64,000 nucleotides of DNA, from positions 27,838,001-27,902,000 of the forward strand of contig CM119381.1 of assembly GCA_051294905.1 (NCBI GenBank). The letters run 5' to 3'. Shown piece by piece: positions 39,204 to 50,578 of the stretch. This stretch comes from Botryllus schlosseri (taxonomy: Eukaryota). The notes below the pieces were generated by a model that was not told where the DNA came from, did not search any database, and saw only the letters and a list, made by a program, of their open reading frames with translations. Position 1 is the first letter of the stretch; the number at the start of each line of letters is the position of its first letter. The position numbers and the translations under genes were made by a program.

Positions 39204-40214
39204 CAGAGATGAGCATGGATTAGGATTAGGTTTTGAAAAAACAGGATTTGTGAAATTTTGTCGGATTTGGATTGGATTTGGATTAGACATTTTTTTCAGA
39301 ACGAATTAGGATTTGAATTGGATTTACCAATTTTCTGGGAGATTGAAATGTGTGGCGAATGGCGACAAACTTTATTCAGATCAGTTATTAACAGGGTTGT
39401 AATGACTCGAGTCATGACTCGACTCGAGTCACGATTTTCTGATGACTCGACTTGACTCGAGTCATTTTCGCAAAATTCAGAAATGACTCGACTCGAGTCA
39501 ATTTGTGTATTGACTCGACTTGGACTCGAGTCATTGCGCATGACTCGAACCAAGTCATATGACTCGAGACTCAGACTTCGAAGACCTACGATTCATTGTA
39601 ATTTCGAAGAATAGTAAAGTTGCCACGCTATCGGGATCTCGACTATTGGTACTGGTATTTGAAAATGCGACCAGGAACTGCTAAAAGTGAGGAAAATTAG
39701 TATTTTATAAATGCGAACCATTCGATATCATCAAACGGAGTTATAAAAGGTGGGTTTACCAAGACATTGACAGGAATCCGAGCAGTCAACACAATGACTT
39801 GGACTCGACTCTAGTCATAGTACCGTGACTCGGACTCGAGCCTATTTTCGCTGACTTGTACTCGGACTTGACTCGGTGGTGAATTGAAAATGACTCGACT
39901 TGACTCGAGTCAAAACTATAAAACTGAGATTGACTTGTGACTCGGTGCCTTGTGACTTGGTTGCAACCCTGATTATTAATGTAATTATGGTTACCAAGTT
40001 ATCTTGGATCAAGTGAATCGTTGGTCGTGAAAGAAAATTTTCGAATCCCTCCCTTGCATAAATTAGTATTTTTCTGAATTTCCAGTAGGAATCGGATTAG
40101 GATTGGACATGGACTTGAATATGGAAAAGTTATGGATTAGGATGTGGATTTGGATTTGAATGTTCGGATTTGGATTGGATTAGGTCATAGAAATTTCAAA
40201 TGCGCTCATCTCTG
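39204..40214. mobile_element. Non-autonomous hAT element with GGATT arrays (hosts a second MITE)
   Basis: Perfect 11-bp TIR CAGAGATGAGC; TSD CTTGCCGG/CTAGCCGG (7/8). Confidence 0.88.
39392..39971. mobile_element. Non-autonomous hAT MITE with GACTCG arrays, nested in 39204-40214
   Basis: Termini CAGGGTTG; TSD GTTATTAA/ATTATTAA (7/8). Sister copy at 52432-53020. Confidence 0.9.
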
Positions 40215-40999
40215 CTAGCCGGGGCTTGCCCCGGTAGCGCTCATAACAAGCTTTCACTATCTATTGATTCTCTCAAAGCCGCCCACAATGAAGAAACGGT
40301 GATTTACTCTCTCCTATTCATAAAATTGCCGAGCAAGTGGGACAAGCAGCATATTCCTTCATTGATCACCGAGGCCAGGGCCGTCACGGTTGCCTGATTA
40401 CATGCGGAAAGATCTCGAAGTTGGTTCAAAGCTAGTTCCAAATTCAACATAAGATATTGTGCTTTGGGACAGATTTTATCGACCTCAAATTTTTCACAAC
40501 TATATAACAAAAACAACTAATCTCCAAAAATATAAATTATAACGTTGGATTCGTCTTTCAACTGCTTCTGGTCAAAAGGTCGATCGTCAAATGTATCTGC
40601 GGCTACTGTTAAAGGTCATCTACATCGTCAAGTACAACTTTGTCTTAAAATGAAGTGCGCATCGTGCAGAACATTTTATAGCTAAAATCAACTGCCGAAA
40701 AATGCAGCAAGGCAGAAAATTTCCAAGCTGAATGTTGAGAATCCCGACCTTGTGAAATACGAGCTGCGAGTCAGCGATGCGTTCTATGACATCAGATGTT
40801 GTGCAAAGTCGCCAAGGCAATTCGGCGCATTTGTTTATTTCAGGGGTTCTCAGCCATTTTTTGGCTGTGGCCCATTTTCCGGTCTGAAAATGTTCGGTGC
40901 AGGGATATCTAGTTCCTAGATATCCCTGGTTCGGTGGTCCACCTATTCTCCTCTATAGAGTCATAGTCCTGTTCAATGAGAGGTAATCGCCACCGCCGA

Positions 41000-41190
41000 T
41001 ATGGCTATTCCTCTGAAATATGCGCATTTTTCTCTTATAGAGTTTCTTGGAGGTACAGAACTTCAATATACAATTGAATAGTATATTCATATTGAAATAA
41101 ACCAGAATATTTTCGGCTGATACTCGTCAGGGGTAATCGTCAGCAACTAGTATAGAATTCGAAGAACACTGTATATCAACAATCGTATCT
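41000..41190 (-). repeat. Arm of the hammerhead-core repeat family (copy E)
   Basis: - strand 41134-41101 reads ACCC CTGACGA GTATCAGCC GAA AATATT C TGGT; arm ends TTCTGTACCTCCAAGAAACTC. Approximate bounds. Confidence 0.7.
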
Positions 41191-44100
41191 CGAAATATAT
41201 CGTAACCAGCATTTTTGTTCTACTTATCTTATATAAATTTAGGCCTGCATGAACATGAAATCGCGTAAAGCGCGACGAAAATTTTCATGTTAAATAATTC
41301 TCCAACAAACAACCAGGGGTGCGAAAGTCACGGCCCTGGAAGATCGCATAACTCTTGTGTACATCCGCTGTTCCGTTCATGTCGCGAAATCCAATGATCC
41401 GATCCCCGCATCCACTGTGTGAGACGACAGATTTCGCGTCGTCGGAAGGGGCGGTTCACACTTTCATTTGTGTGCATTGAAGTCGACTTTTATCAAAATC
41501 CACCAGTCATAAGGCTGTCTATATTGAAGTTCTGTACCTTCAACTTAAGCTCGTACTGTTCATGTAGAAATTGGTAAGAGGTATTTTTATTTCAAAGCGA
41601 ATTATGCGGCTGCAATTCTTGAAATACCCTGTCGTGTCTCGAAAATCCGCGCTGTCCAGTTGACATGAACGACTACCTGAAATATATTGATTTCCTCAAA
41701 GATAGTGGCGAATGTAATAGTACTGGATAACGCTTTCCAGCGACACCTTTGGGTCTGATCGCAACATACGTAGTGATAGTACCAATAAAACGTCCAGCCT
41801 AGTCACTTCAATGTAGCAGCTCCCCTTGAAGTTATCCTGGAATAGCGGTTATGTATTACAGGAGATAATGGCTTTTTTGCAAGCGAAATTATAACAAAAT
41901 CCTAACAAAACATCTCTAAACGGCAATGTGCTTGCATCAGTAGGGTATTGGCAATTTCACCATTAAAATGAGTTTGCACGGTAGAATATCACTGACGGAG
42001 ATTCTGTTTACGTGAGTCCTTAAGTTTTAGCAGTTTATGAAGCGAAACTGCGCTTGGTGAGTTCTCTAATTAAAAAAAAAATAGAAATTAGTTTATCACA
42101 CGTTTTGCAAATTTGGACGTTTCGCGGACCTCTGGTTGAGAACCACTGGCCTGATTTCCTAATCCTTGGCGATTTTTATGCTATTCAGGTATCGTGGACT
42201 TGAGACGCAGTGTGCAATAGCAGTCAATTGATACCGGTTGAGATATATCTTGAGCTTTGGTCGTAACGCTGTATAACACCGTGTAACACGATTTTTGTTC
42301 CCAGGATCTAATTGATATTTCCTGATCTCTCTCACCTAGAAACTTCCAAAAATCAATATAGTTCATTCCAAACCTTGATTTTGTGTTTAGGAGAGTAATT
42401 TCTTGAATTTGCTAGTATGTGCATTGTGCAATCAGATACGGGTTGATTACTTCATGAATGTAATCGATTGCGATTACGATTACTTCTGAATCACACGATT
42501 ACGATTATAGAAAGATCTGGAAGTAGTCGATTACGATTACATTTGAAAAGTAATCACAAGTACTCACGACTACATTTATTTTTGATTCTTGGAACTTATT
42601 TTTGAAGACATAGTGGAATATAATATAACTTGCGATGAAAAGGCCTCATGAGACAACAATTTTGATCTTAAATGTGACATCATTCGCTTGTTACGTCGCT
42701 ATATACCATTACCCAACTTTATAGCTGACGATTTCTCAGACCCAACTATTTGAATTCTAGACAGGGCCATAACTGCCGCACACCAAACCCCCTTAATTCG
42801 GTGGGGAGCGATCTCAAAGGGGGCCAAATTATTTCGTAAATCAAAATAAGTTATGGAGTGTTTTTAAATGATTTAATTAACTTGAAAATTTTCTGTCGCT
42901 AGATATCTTGATTTTAATACCCCTCCCCATCAAGAAATTAATATGCATAGTTTATAGAAATCGACATTTCGGCGCCGACCGCTACCGCGCCACGACACAC
43001 CAAGACAGGGGTTGCTACTTCGGTCCTGATTCTAGCTGCAACGCACGCTAACATGGTGTATAAGCGAATGGCTATGGCGGCAGATTCAAATGTTGAGTAA
43101 AGAATTGAGAAATACCGATTGGTGCCTATTTCAAGTAGGGGCATATGAGAATAAGATAAAATGAACATAAAATTTTGCAGTATTGCATAATATTTCTCGC
43201 AGTTAAACAATAAACATACGCATTTACGCATGCATATTGCCTACAATCCACTTTAACACAGCTATTGCGAACTGCCTTTACTCGCAACAGCAAAGAATTG
43301 CTCTGTTATGATTTATATCAGCAGCAGACATGGGGTAATTACTTCATGAATGTAATCGATTGCGATTACGATTACTTCTGAACCACGCGATTACGATTAC
43401 GATTACGATTACAGCAAAATCCGCAAGTAGTCGATTACGATTACGATTACTTTGAAAAAGTAATCACGATTACTCACGATTACATTTATTTTGCTTATTA
43501 CAAGTTATCTTTGGAAGACAACAATGCGATGAAAAGGCCTCATGAGAGAAGGTCTTTCTTTTTTGTTTCAATGAGATGTCATAGCGTCATTTCCTGTATA
43601 TGACATATTATACCATTGCATGATTTACAGCAATCTTCATTTTGGTGCCGGCCAATACCGCGCCGCGACACACCAAGACATGCTACCTTGGCCGAAATAT
43701 TATGTATTTTGTCCATTGTCCATAGCCGCGCTGGATGGTCGCGACGAATAGAATTCTCAATCTCAGCACCACAATACAAATGCCACCCGGGGCACCCACT
43801 GACGAAAATGATGAACCCCGTGTAGAAATTACAATATCTGGGTGCGACTGACGAAAGTTTCTGTTTTAGTTTATTTATCGTCTGCTACGTTACGGCGACT
43901 CCAATATATCTTTACTATATAGCAGAAAGGAGGTCATGAATCAACAACATACAATACAGTTATGGTTGTAAATTACGTGCCTAAATATTCGTCTTGGCGT
44001 GACTTGACAGCAAATACACAGCGATTCCATATCGTATCAAATCGTGTTTTCCAGTTCTTGTGAAAAAGCCCGGTTGTTAAAGGGGGGTCTGGGGAACTTC

Positions 44101-44525
44101 GCCCGCCAGAAGTTTTATTGATCGCCTTATGGGGGGCCAAAGATCATCATTTTTGAAAAGGGGGGTGGCGAAATGCTATATCGATACTGATTCTAGCTGT
44201 AATCCACGCAACATGGTGTGTAAGCGGATGGCTATAGTGGCTGATCTAAATGTTGAGTATAACATTGCGAAATAGAAATTCTTTCCCGTTTTAAGTAGGG
44301 TCGGATGGGAATATGACGAGATAAACATAGACTTCTGCCTACAATCCACTTAATACACATATTCCGAGCTGCCGTTATACGAGTAACGGAGAATAACGGC
44401 TCAGTAATGATTTTTTATCAGTAGCCGTTGGCTTTTAATTCTTCGATGTAGAAATTGTCATGTTTAATAAAAATTTCAAATCTTTGCCCGGTGTATACGT
44501 AGATAGGCCTACCCCTCGCAATCAG

Positions 44526-47500
44526 TCGCTTTAGTCAGTCGCCGAGTGCAGACGTGTATTTCTCGCTCCGCTAGCTGATTGCTTTGTAATGATTACGTAC
44601 AGCTCGGACGTGCTGCGCAGTATAGGCAGTAAACAGAGTAGACCAAGTCGCAAAGTGCGACGAAGACTTTACTACCTTAAGTTACTGCGTACTCGCCGAG
44701 TGGGACAATATCAACAGAAAGACTGGGATCTGCCGGGTGGCGCCGGGGACCCGAAGCCTCAACCAAGATCCCTGAGGATTAGCCTAAATGCAGAAGTTAA
44801 ACTTGGAACTCTGAACACGAGAACTTTGAACTCTGTATGGCGCCAGGAAGAAGCTGCCGCACTTGTGACAGACCTCAAACTTGATGCGTTGGCAATCCAA
44901 GAACATCGCCAGCACTTCACCGAACCATTCCGTGAAAAAGACCTAGGCGCAGGCATCATCATGATCCAATCACCTGCCAACCAAGGCGGAGTTGGAGGCG
45001 TCGGTCTAATCTTGTCCCAGCGTTTCCACGCCGAGGCAAAGATTTGCGTTATAAACAGCCGGATTATCACAGCCAGCATTCAACTCCGTCGCCGCAAACT
45101 GCACCTAGTGTGTGCGTATGGACCAACATCTCCGAACACCACTGCCTTCCCAGCTGATACGCTCGCCTTCTACGACCAACTAGAAGGCATTCTATCAACC
45201 TACCCGCAGCGCGACATAACCATGCTGCTTGGGGACATGAATGCCACGTTGGCCGAGCGCTCGCAGCGAGTTCGCTTCCCAGTTGGTCATGAGAACAGCA
45301 ACTCGGAGCATTTTACCAATCTACTCGACCGCTGCGACCTCATTCCTCTCAATGCCAACTTCTCTATGAAGCCGAAGCGTATGACGACATTTGACGGTAT
45401 GCGCCAACGCAACACACGGCTGGACTATATCTGCTGCAATGCTCCCGCACGGCGCCATTTCACGAACTGCCGAACGGTGCGCATGCTAACGATCAGGAGT
45501 GACCATCGCATGGTGCTGGCCACGCTTCGTGAACGCCTCCCGTTCGTCCCGAAGCGCACACCGAAAGAGCCCCTACCAAATTGGTTCGATCTTAAGGACG
45601 CAAATACGATGAATGTCTTTACCACGCACACACTCCGCGCCCTCGAGATCCAAAATGCTATGCCGACCGACTTTGCGCCACTTGTAGCAGCAGTCAAGGA
45701 TGCCGCCCGTGAAACGCTCGGTGAGGCCCGTAGCAAGCCACGGCCAAGATTAGCCTGGGAATCCGACCCGACAGTGCTCAGTGCGCGCCGCAACCTCAAG
45801 ACTCTCAGACGTGCTGCGTACACCTCTGGAACACTGGACGCACATAGCGATGCGAACGAGGCAGCTCTATATTTAACAAACGTTTACGACGCAGCTCGCA
45901 AGGAACGAGTCGAAGCCATTGCCCTTTCCGTGGAAAAGGAGTTGGAAGCAGGCCGACCAAGAGCAGCCTGGAAAGCTATCGGTGAATTAGTTGGCTTCAA
46001 GAGGACCCGCGTGAAGGCCTGTACGGAAGACCTCGCAGCACACTTCGAGACCCTGTTATCTACACCTGCACCGGACATCGATGTGCTCGTTGCACCGCCT
46101 TCACTAGCAGCAAATCCTCTAGCGATCAATACAACCCTGATCACGCTAGGTGAGCTCAAGACAGCCATGAGTGGAGTACCACAATTCAAGGCCACCGGCA
46201 CGGACGGCATCCCAACGGCTGCTTACACCTCGGGCGTTGCACCTGTGCTCCTCGACGTCATGAATGGCGTCCTCGAAGGCGGCCCGGTGCCCCCCGAGTG
46301 GCTCGAGAGCGAAATCGTCCCTATCTACAAGAAAGGCGCTGCGAGTGACCCAGCGAACTACAGAGGCATCTTCCTGATGCAGACCGCTGCCAAGCTGTTC
46401 GACCGAGTACTGCTCCTTCGCATACGTGAGCAACTCTCTACCAAGCTCCTGAATGCTCAGAATGGATTTCGACCATCCCGCGGTACAACAGAGCACATCC
46501 TGGCACTGCGCACAATCATTGACACCTGCCGCTCACACAAAAAGAATGTTGTGGCCGTTTTCGTTGATTTCGCGAAAGCCTTCGACTCGGTCTCGCGCCC
46601 AGCCATGGCGGAGATCCTCAGATTCTATGGAATTCCTGAGGTGATAACGTACGCCATTATGGCCCTCTACACTGACACACGAGCGCGAGTCCGAACAGAT
46701 GACGGCCCAAGCGGAGATTTCAACACTTCGGCTGGTGTGCTTCAAGGTGACACCCTGGCACCATTCTTGTTTGTGGTCATCCTTGACTTCGTGCTGCGAA
46801 CGGCCTTCCCGGATACTACGAACTTCTTCGAATGGCGGCCACGGCAAGGAACGCGCACGCGTACGACTCGCGAGGCAATCCACGTAGGTGTTCTTGCATA
46901 CGCAGACGACCTAGCCCTGCTTGCCCCGAACACCGCATCGGCACAGTGTCTCATAAACCAGCTAGAGGCCGCCGCCGCTCTTGTTGGCCTCCAGATCAAC
47001 GCTAAGAAGACTGAGGTTCTGGCCATACCAGCTCTACCGGCGAACGCGACACCAATTCAACTGGGAGATATCGATCTCAAGTATGTAACGAGTTTTGTAT
47101 ACCTCGGTATTGACGTCGCTGACTCTGGAAAAGCGCTCAAGGCGAGGCGAGCAAAGGCCTGGGGCGCGGCAAGACGGCTACATAGCCTCTTCCACTCAAG
47201 TGCCTCAACCCAGCTCAAGACCCGCATCTTCCGTGCCACTGTCGAGCAGGTTCTTCTCTACGGAATAGAAGCACTCACGCTGACAGAAAAGCTGGCTAAG
47301 ACACTCAACGCCAACTACGATGCACTCCTCCGCTACGCACTCGGCATCCACCACCCGGAGCACATATCCACCAATGCTCTGCGCAAACTCACAAAAACAG
47401 TCCCATGCCGTTTGCTGGCTGCTGAACGACGCTTACGCTTAATCGGTCATCTAGTGCGGCATCAAGACGATCAACCAGCCGCCGCCATCATCAACCACAT

Positions 47501-47718
47501 TCCGACGGAGCCATGGCGCAGAGGTGGCTGGAATAGAACCACATGGCGCTCAACAATAGAGACCGAGCTAGCGCAACGCGGGCTATCGCTCGAAGACGCC
47601 CACGACCGCCCACGATGGAGGCGCTTAATAAGGGCCGAAAACTCATTATCTTGATGTTCGTTTGTTTCCTGTTTTCTTTTGCCCTTTTATTTAATTGAAA
47701 GACGATATATATATATAT
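44526..47718 (+). mobile_element. RTE-clade non-LTR retrotransposon, full ORF
   Basis: Flanked by TCGC-AATCAG / TCGCCAATCAG duplication; (AT)7 tail at 47705-47718; ~63-nt 5' leader; the empty site is visible in the outer hAT copy (~48370-48400). Confidence 0.92.
44589..47654 (+). CDS. APE endonuclease + reverse transcriptase, 1021 aa
   Basis: EN motifs GTLNTRTL, IQEH, CAYGP, GDMNA, LDYI, SDH. RT motifs QNGFR, VDFAKAFDSV, GVLQGDTLAPFLF, YADD, FVYLG. RTE-type C-terminus DRPRWRRLI. No stops or frameshifts. Confidence 0.97.
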   Translation: MITYSSDVLRSIGSKQSRPSRKVRRRLYYLKLLRTRRVGQYQQKDWDLPGGAGDPKPQPRSLRISLNAEVKLGTLNTRTLNSVWRQEEAAALVTDLKLDALAIQEHRQHFTEPFREKDLGAGIIMIQSPANQGGVGGVGLILSQRFHAEAKICVINSRIITASIQLRRRKLHLVCAYGPTSPNTTAFPADTLAFYDQLEGILSTYPQRDITMLLGDMNATLAERSQRVRFPVGHENSNSEHFTNLLDRCDLIPLNANFSMKPKRMTTFDGMRQRNTRLDYICCNAPARRHFTNCRTVRMLTIRSDHRMVLATLRERLPFVPKRTPKEPLPNWFDLKDANTMNVFTTHTLRALEIQNAMPTDFAPLVAAVKDAARETLGEARSKPRPRLAWESDPTVLSARRNLKTLRRAAYTSGTLDAHSDANEAALYLTNVYDAARKERVEAIALSVEKELEAGRPRAAWKAIGELVGFKRTRVKACTEDLAAHFETLLSTPAPDIDVLVAPPSLAANPLAINTTLITLGELKTAMSGVPQFKATGTDGIPTAAYTSGVAPVLLDVMNGVLEGGPVPPEWLESEIVPIYKKGAASDPANYRGIFLMQTAAKLFDRVLLLRIREQLSTKLLNAQNGFRPSRGTTEHILALRTIIDTCRSHKKNVVAVFVDFAKAFDSVSRPAMAEILRFYGIPEVITYAIMALYTDTRARVRTDDGPSGDFNTSAGVLQGDTLAPFLFVVILDFVLRTAFPDTTNFFEWRPRQGTRTRTTREAIHVGVLAYADDLALLAPNTASAQCLINQLEAAAALVGLQINAKKTEVLAIPALPANATPIQLGDIDLKYVTSFVYLGIDVADSGKALKARRAKAWGAARRLHSLFHSSASTQLKTRIFRATVEQVLLYGIEALTLTEKLAKTLNANYDALLRYALGIHHPEHISTNALRKLTKTVPCRLLAAERRLRLIGHLVRHQDDQPAAAIINHIPTEPWRRGGWNRTTWRSTIETELAQRGLSLEDAHDRPRWRRLIRAENSLS

Positions 47719-48574
47719 CGCCAATCAGCAATGGTCAAACTGCGTTTACCTAAAAGCATAACAAAACATCAATACATAGTAGGCGTACACACATTACTAT
47801 TAGAAACTAGGCAGAGTGGTAATTATTATCTTGTTGCGAGGTAGTGGCGTCTGCAGCGTGTTGATAACATAATGCATACATAGCGGGTGTTCTTACAATC
47901 ACAGTACTACATGCACATCGATTATCTATTTACTATGTGCGGATAATTCGTTACGCAATGATGAACTACTATTTGTGACGCAATAGTTAGCAGGGGCGTT
48001 TGACAATCCGTCATTTCTGCTATCCAAAACCAGTTTAAATAGCACTCTTCATTGCTCACGAATGTTCATGTTCAGTTTATGTCATGGGTATTGCACAAAT
48101 GAAAAGTAATCGTTCTTTCACAAAGAAATCGATTAGATATGTGAAGTAGGCGATTACGATTACGATTACTTCGGATTTTTTTCGAATGTAATCGATTGCG
48201 ATTACGATTACTTGGAAATGCTGTAATCGTCGTAATCGATTACGATTACTAATCGCGATTACCCCATGTCTGATCAGCAGTCGTCGATTCGTAATGATTT
48301 GATTTGGAAATCGTAATATTTGAAGAGTACGAAATTTCAAATCTTTGTCCAGTGAACGCGGTCAGGCTAATACTCCTCGCCAAAAAGCAACGGTAAAACT
48401 GCGATTAACTATAAGCATAAGCAAAGTATAACTAAACATCAATAGAAACGTTACTATTTGATACTAGTTGAATAATTCTTTGAACCGATAGCAGACGATA
48501 TAGATAATATTAGGATCTTGGTTGCTTTCACACCCTATTTAGCGTCCACTTGCAACGTAATAATTTTATTTATT

Positions 48575-48611
48575 ACACGAGCTTTCGGAGCTCCGCTCCT
48601 TCTTCAGGTGT
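48575..48611 (-). ncRNA. Minimal type I hammerhead ribozyme motif (Penelope-like-element type)
   Basis: Reads ACAC CUGAAGA A GGAGC-GGA-GCUCC GAA AGCU C GUGU: full core, 4-bp stem I, 5-bp stem II, palindromic AGCU stem III, CUC cleavage triplet. Lies in a 153-bp insertion (48468-48620) flanked by ATACTAG. Confidence 0.8.
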
Positions 48612-49447
48612 TAAAATTTTATACTAGGCAGAGTGGTGGTTATTAATATGCTGTTTGGTGGTGACGTCTGGAGTAGGCTATATTGTTAACCTGATATACG
48701 GAATGCCGATAATTCTTACAATCACATCACTACATAATATCTATTTACTATGTGTAGATAATTCGTTACGTAATGATCGGCGAGTAAAGCTAATGCCTGT
48801 GACGTAATAATGAGCAGCGGCACTTGAAAAGACGACCTGCTACCAATATGATATCGCACTCTTCCTTGTTCACTATTCAGTTTTAGTCAATAGTCATTTA
48901 CAAATAAAAAGTAATCGTTCTTTCACCAAGAAATCGATTAGATATGTGCAACAATCGATTACGATTACGATTACTTCGGATTTTTTTCGAATGTAATCGA
49001 TTGCGATTACGATCACTTGAAAATGCTGTAATCGTCGTAATCGATCACGATTACTAATCACGGTTACCCCATGTCTGTGTGCAATATTGTGCATGGTTAA
49101 TTGGTTATACTGATTTATCCTATATGAAAGTGATATTTACCAAACTATCTTTGATCGCTGTAAGTCCATTTTTAATCGCTTGGCATCTAAGAAGATATAT
49201 TCTATTAATGTATTTACTAAATATTCTGATGCGTTAGTCGTGGGCGATTGATTGCTTTTTCGCAAAGCAAATTACAGCCAACTTTAGACCATTTTTCTCT
49301 CTGGCAAAGTGTTAATTCTGAGTTTGCAAATCCAAAAGCACAGGCAATTTGGTACATGGGATTCGCACATAAATGTATTAACTGTATCCGAATGAATGTT
49401 AAATGCGAAACTAAATAAATATTTCAGGCTAAAACAGTTCAAGTATA

Positions 49448-50578
49448 AAATAGGATGTTTTTCCGGATTTTCTTTTGTAGGCCTACTCTAAATCAGTGGT
49501 TCTCAACCGCCGGTCCACCAGATATATTGGAATTTTATATCTCAATTCAAAAATGCAAGAATTTTGTAGATTGTTCATTAGTTGATGAAATAAAACATCA
49601 CATTTTAAATATATATAGAATTGTGGAACGTATTTTTACATGGTGTGGCAATATAGAGTTCATGGTCCATTTGGACGTGCGTCCCATGGTGCAAGTGTTA
49701 TAAAATTATTTAAAAGTATAGCGTAAAACTATAAGATACAACTCGTTTCGAACTATAGCTAGTAGTTATATGTGAAGGCTACGGAGACATTGAAACAAAC
49801 TTCGCTAAATTCTGACAGTGCAATTACAATCAAGTTCGTAGACTTCGCGAGCTACGCCATGCAGAAACTTTAATTTAACCACTATATATCTAATACAAAA
49901 ATAAATCATTGAATCAGGTTTCCAATATTACATTTCAGCTGTGTGAATTTGTCCAAATTAAATTTTGGTGAATTTTGGTTTCCGAAGGCTCACCGGCTCG
50001 CAATATTTATTTTGAAGTTTTGCCGGTCTGCGAGGTCACAAATGTTGAGAACCACTGCTCTAAATCGCTTTCCCGCATCAAGGCCCAGACATAATCTCCC
50101 ATCATGCTTTCATGATATTGCCCTTGGTGTCTCCTTTCAAAATCTTCAAAATCTTGATTGAATCGCTACCCAGTCCCTTTGCTCTTTTAAATAAGCTCCC
50201 ACATTGTCTTTAAACTCGTCCAAGTGAGCATCAAACTTATGAACTTTCATGGACATTCTGTCTCCCCCCTCTGTTTCCACACGACTTTACCAAATTGGCA
50301 ATGAGTTCGGCATAGCTACCTTCCTTGTTATTACCCAAGAAACCGTTCGCCACATCTACAAAGCTATCCAAGCCTCCTTTTCAACACAATTTAGCATTTG
50401 GATAAAATCATTCGACTTGAGAATCTTTTTAATTTGTGGGTCAATAAATACACCAGCTTATACTTTAGCTTCTGATAGTTCATGAAACAAGTTTAGGAGA
50501 AACTGAAATGCGTGACCACCTTTATCCAATGCTTGCACAAATTGCTTATGAGTACATGTGAAGGAGAGGCATAATCAC
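49448..50578 (-). pseudogene. Chapaev3-like (CMC) transposase relic, C-terminal part
   Basis: Frameshifted and stop-containing translation KQFVQALDK...LSEAKV*AGVFIDPQIKKIL...FLGNNK...MSMKVH..DAHLDEFKDNVGAY...QDFEDFERRHQGQYHESMMGDYVWALMRESDL, recalled as Chapaev3-like. Probable 5' terminus CACAATGTAACAA at 51086. Interrupted by MITE 49494-50057. Confidence 0.75.
49494..50057. mobile_element. Non-autonomous hAT (Charlie-type) MITE
   Basis: Perfect 14-bp TIR CAGTGGTTCTCAAC; perfect TSD CTCTAAAT. Confidence 0.95.

Larger units (their letters stand above)
43325..48272. mobile_element. Inner same-family hAT element carrying the RTE retrotransposon
   Basis: Perfect 15-bp TIR CAGACATGGGGTAAT; perfect TSD ATCAGCAG; internal sequence colinear with the outer copy. 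Confidence 0.93.
42433..49077. mobile_element. Outer non-autonomous hAT element with GATTAC arrays
   Basis: Perfect TSD TGTGCAAT; right TIR TTACCCCATGTCTG, left end eroded (CAGATACGGGTTG). About 1.7 kb once nested inserts are removed. Confidence 0.88.

Noticed and set aside
39392-39971. CRISPR-like regular repeats
   Set aside because: Eukaryotic context, no unique spacers, bounded by TIRs and a TSD; it is a hAT MITE.
41330-41480. Possible pogo-like transposase fragment (VNRPF...QWM..DH)
   Set aside because: Too short, and neighbouring frames give no supporting motifs.
40841-42148. Single Charlie-type element spanning these two ends
   Set aside because: Flanks GTTTATTT and GCCTGATT are not a TSD; treated as unrelated ends.
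42433-44500. Simple tandem segmental duplication
   Set aside because: Better explained by nested same-family insertion, given two perfect TSD pairs.
44759-47239. Multiple antisense ORFs in the RTE
   Set aside because: Expected by-products of a GC-rich coding strand.
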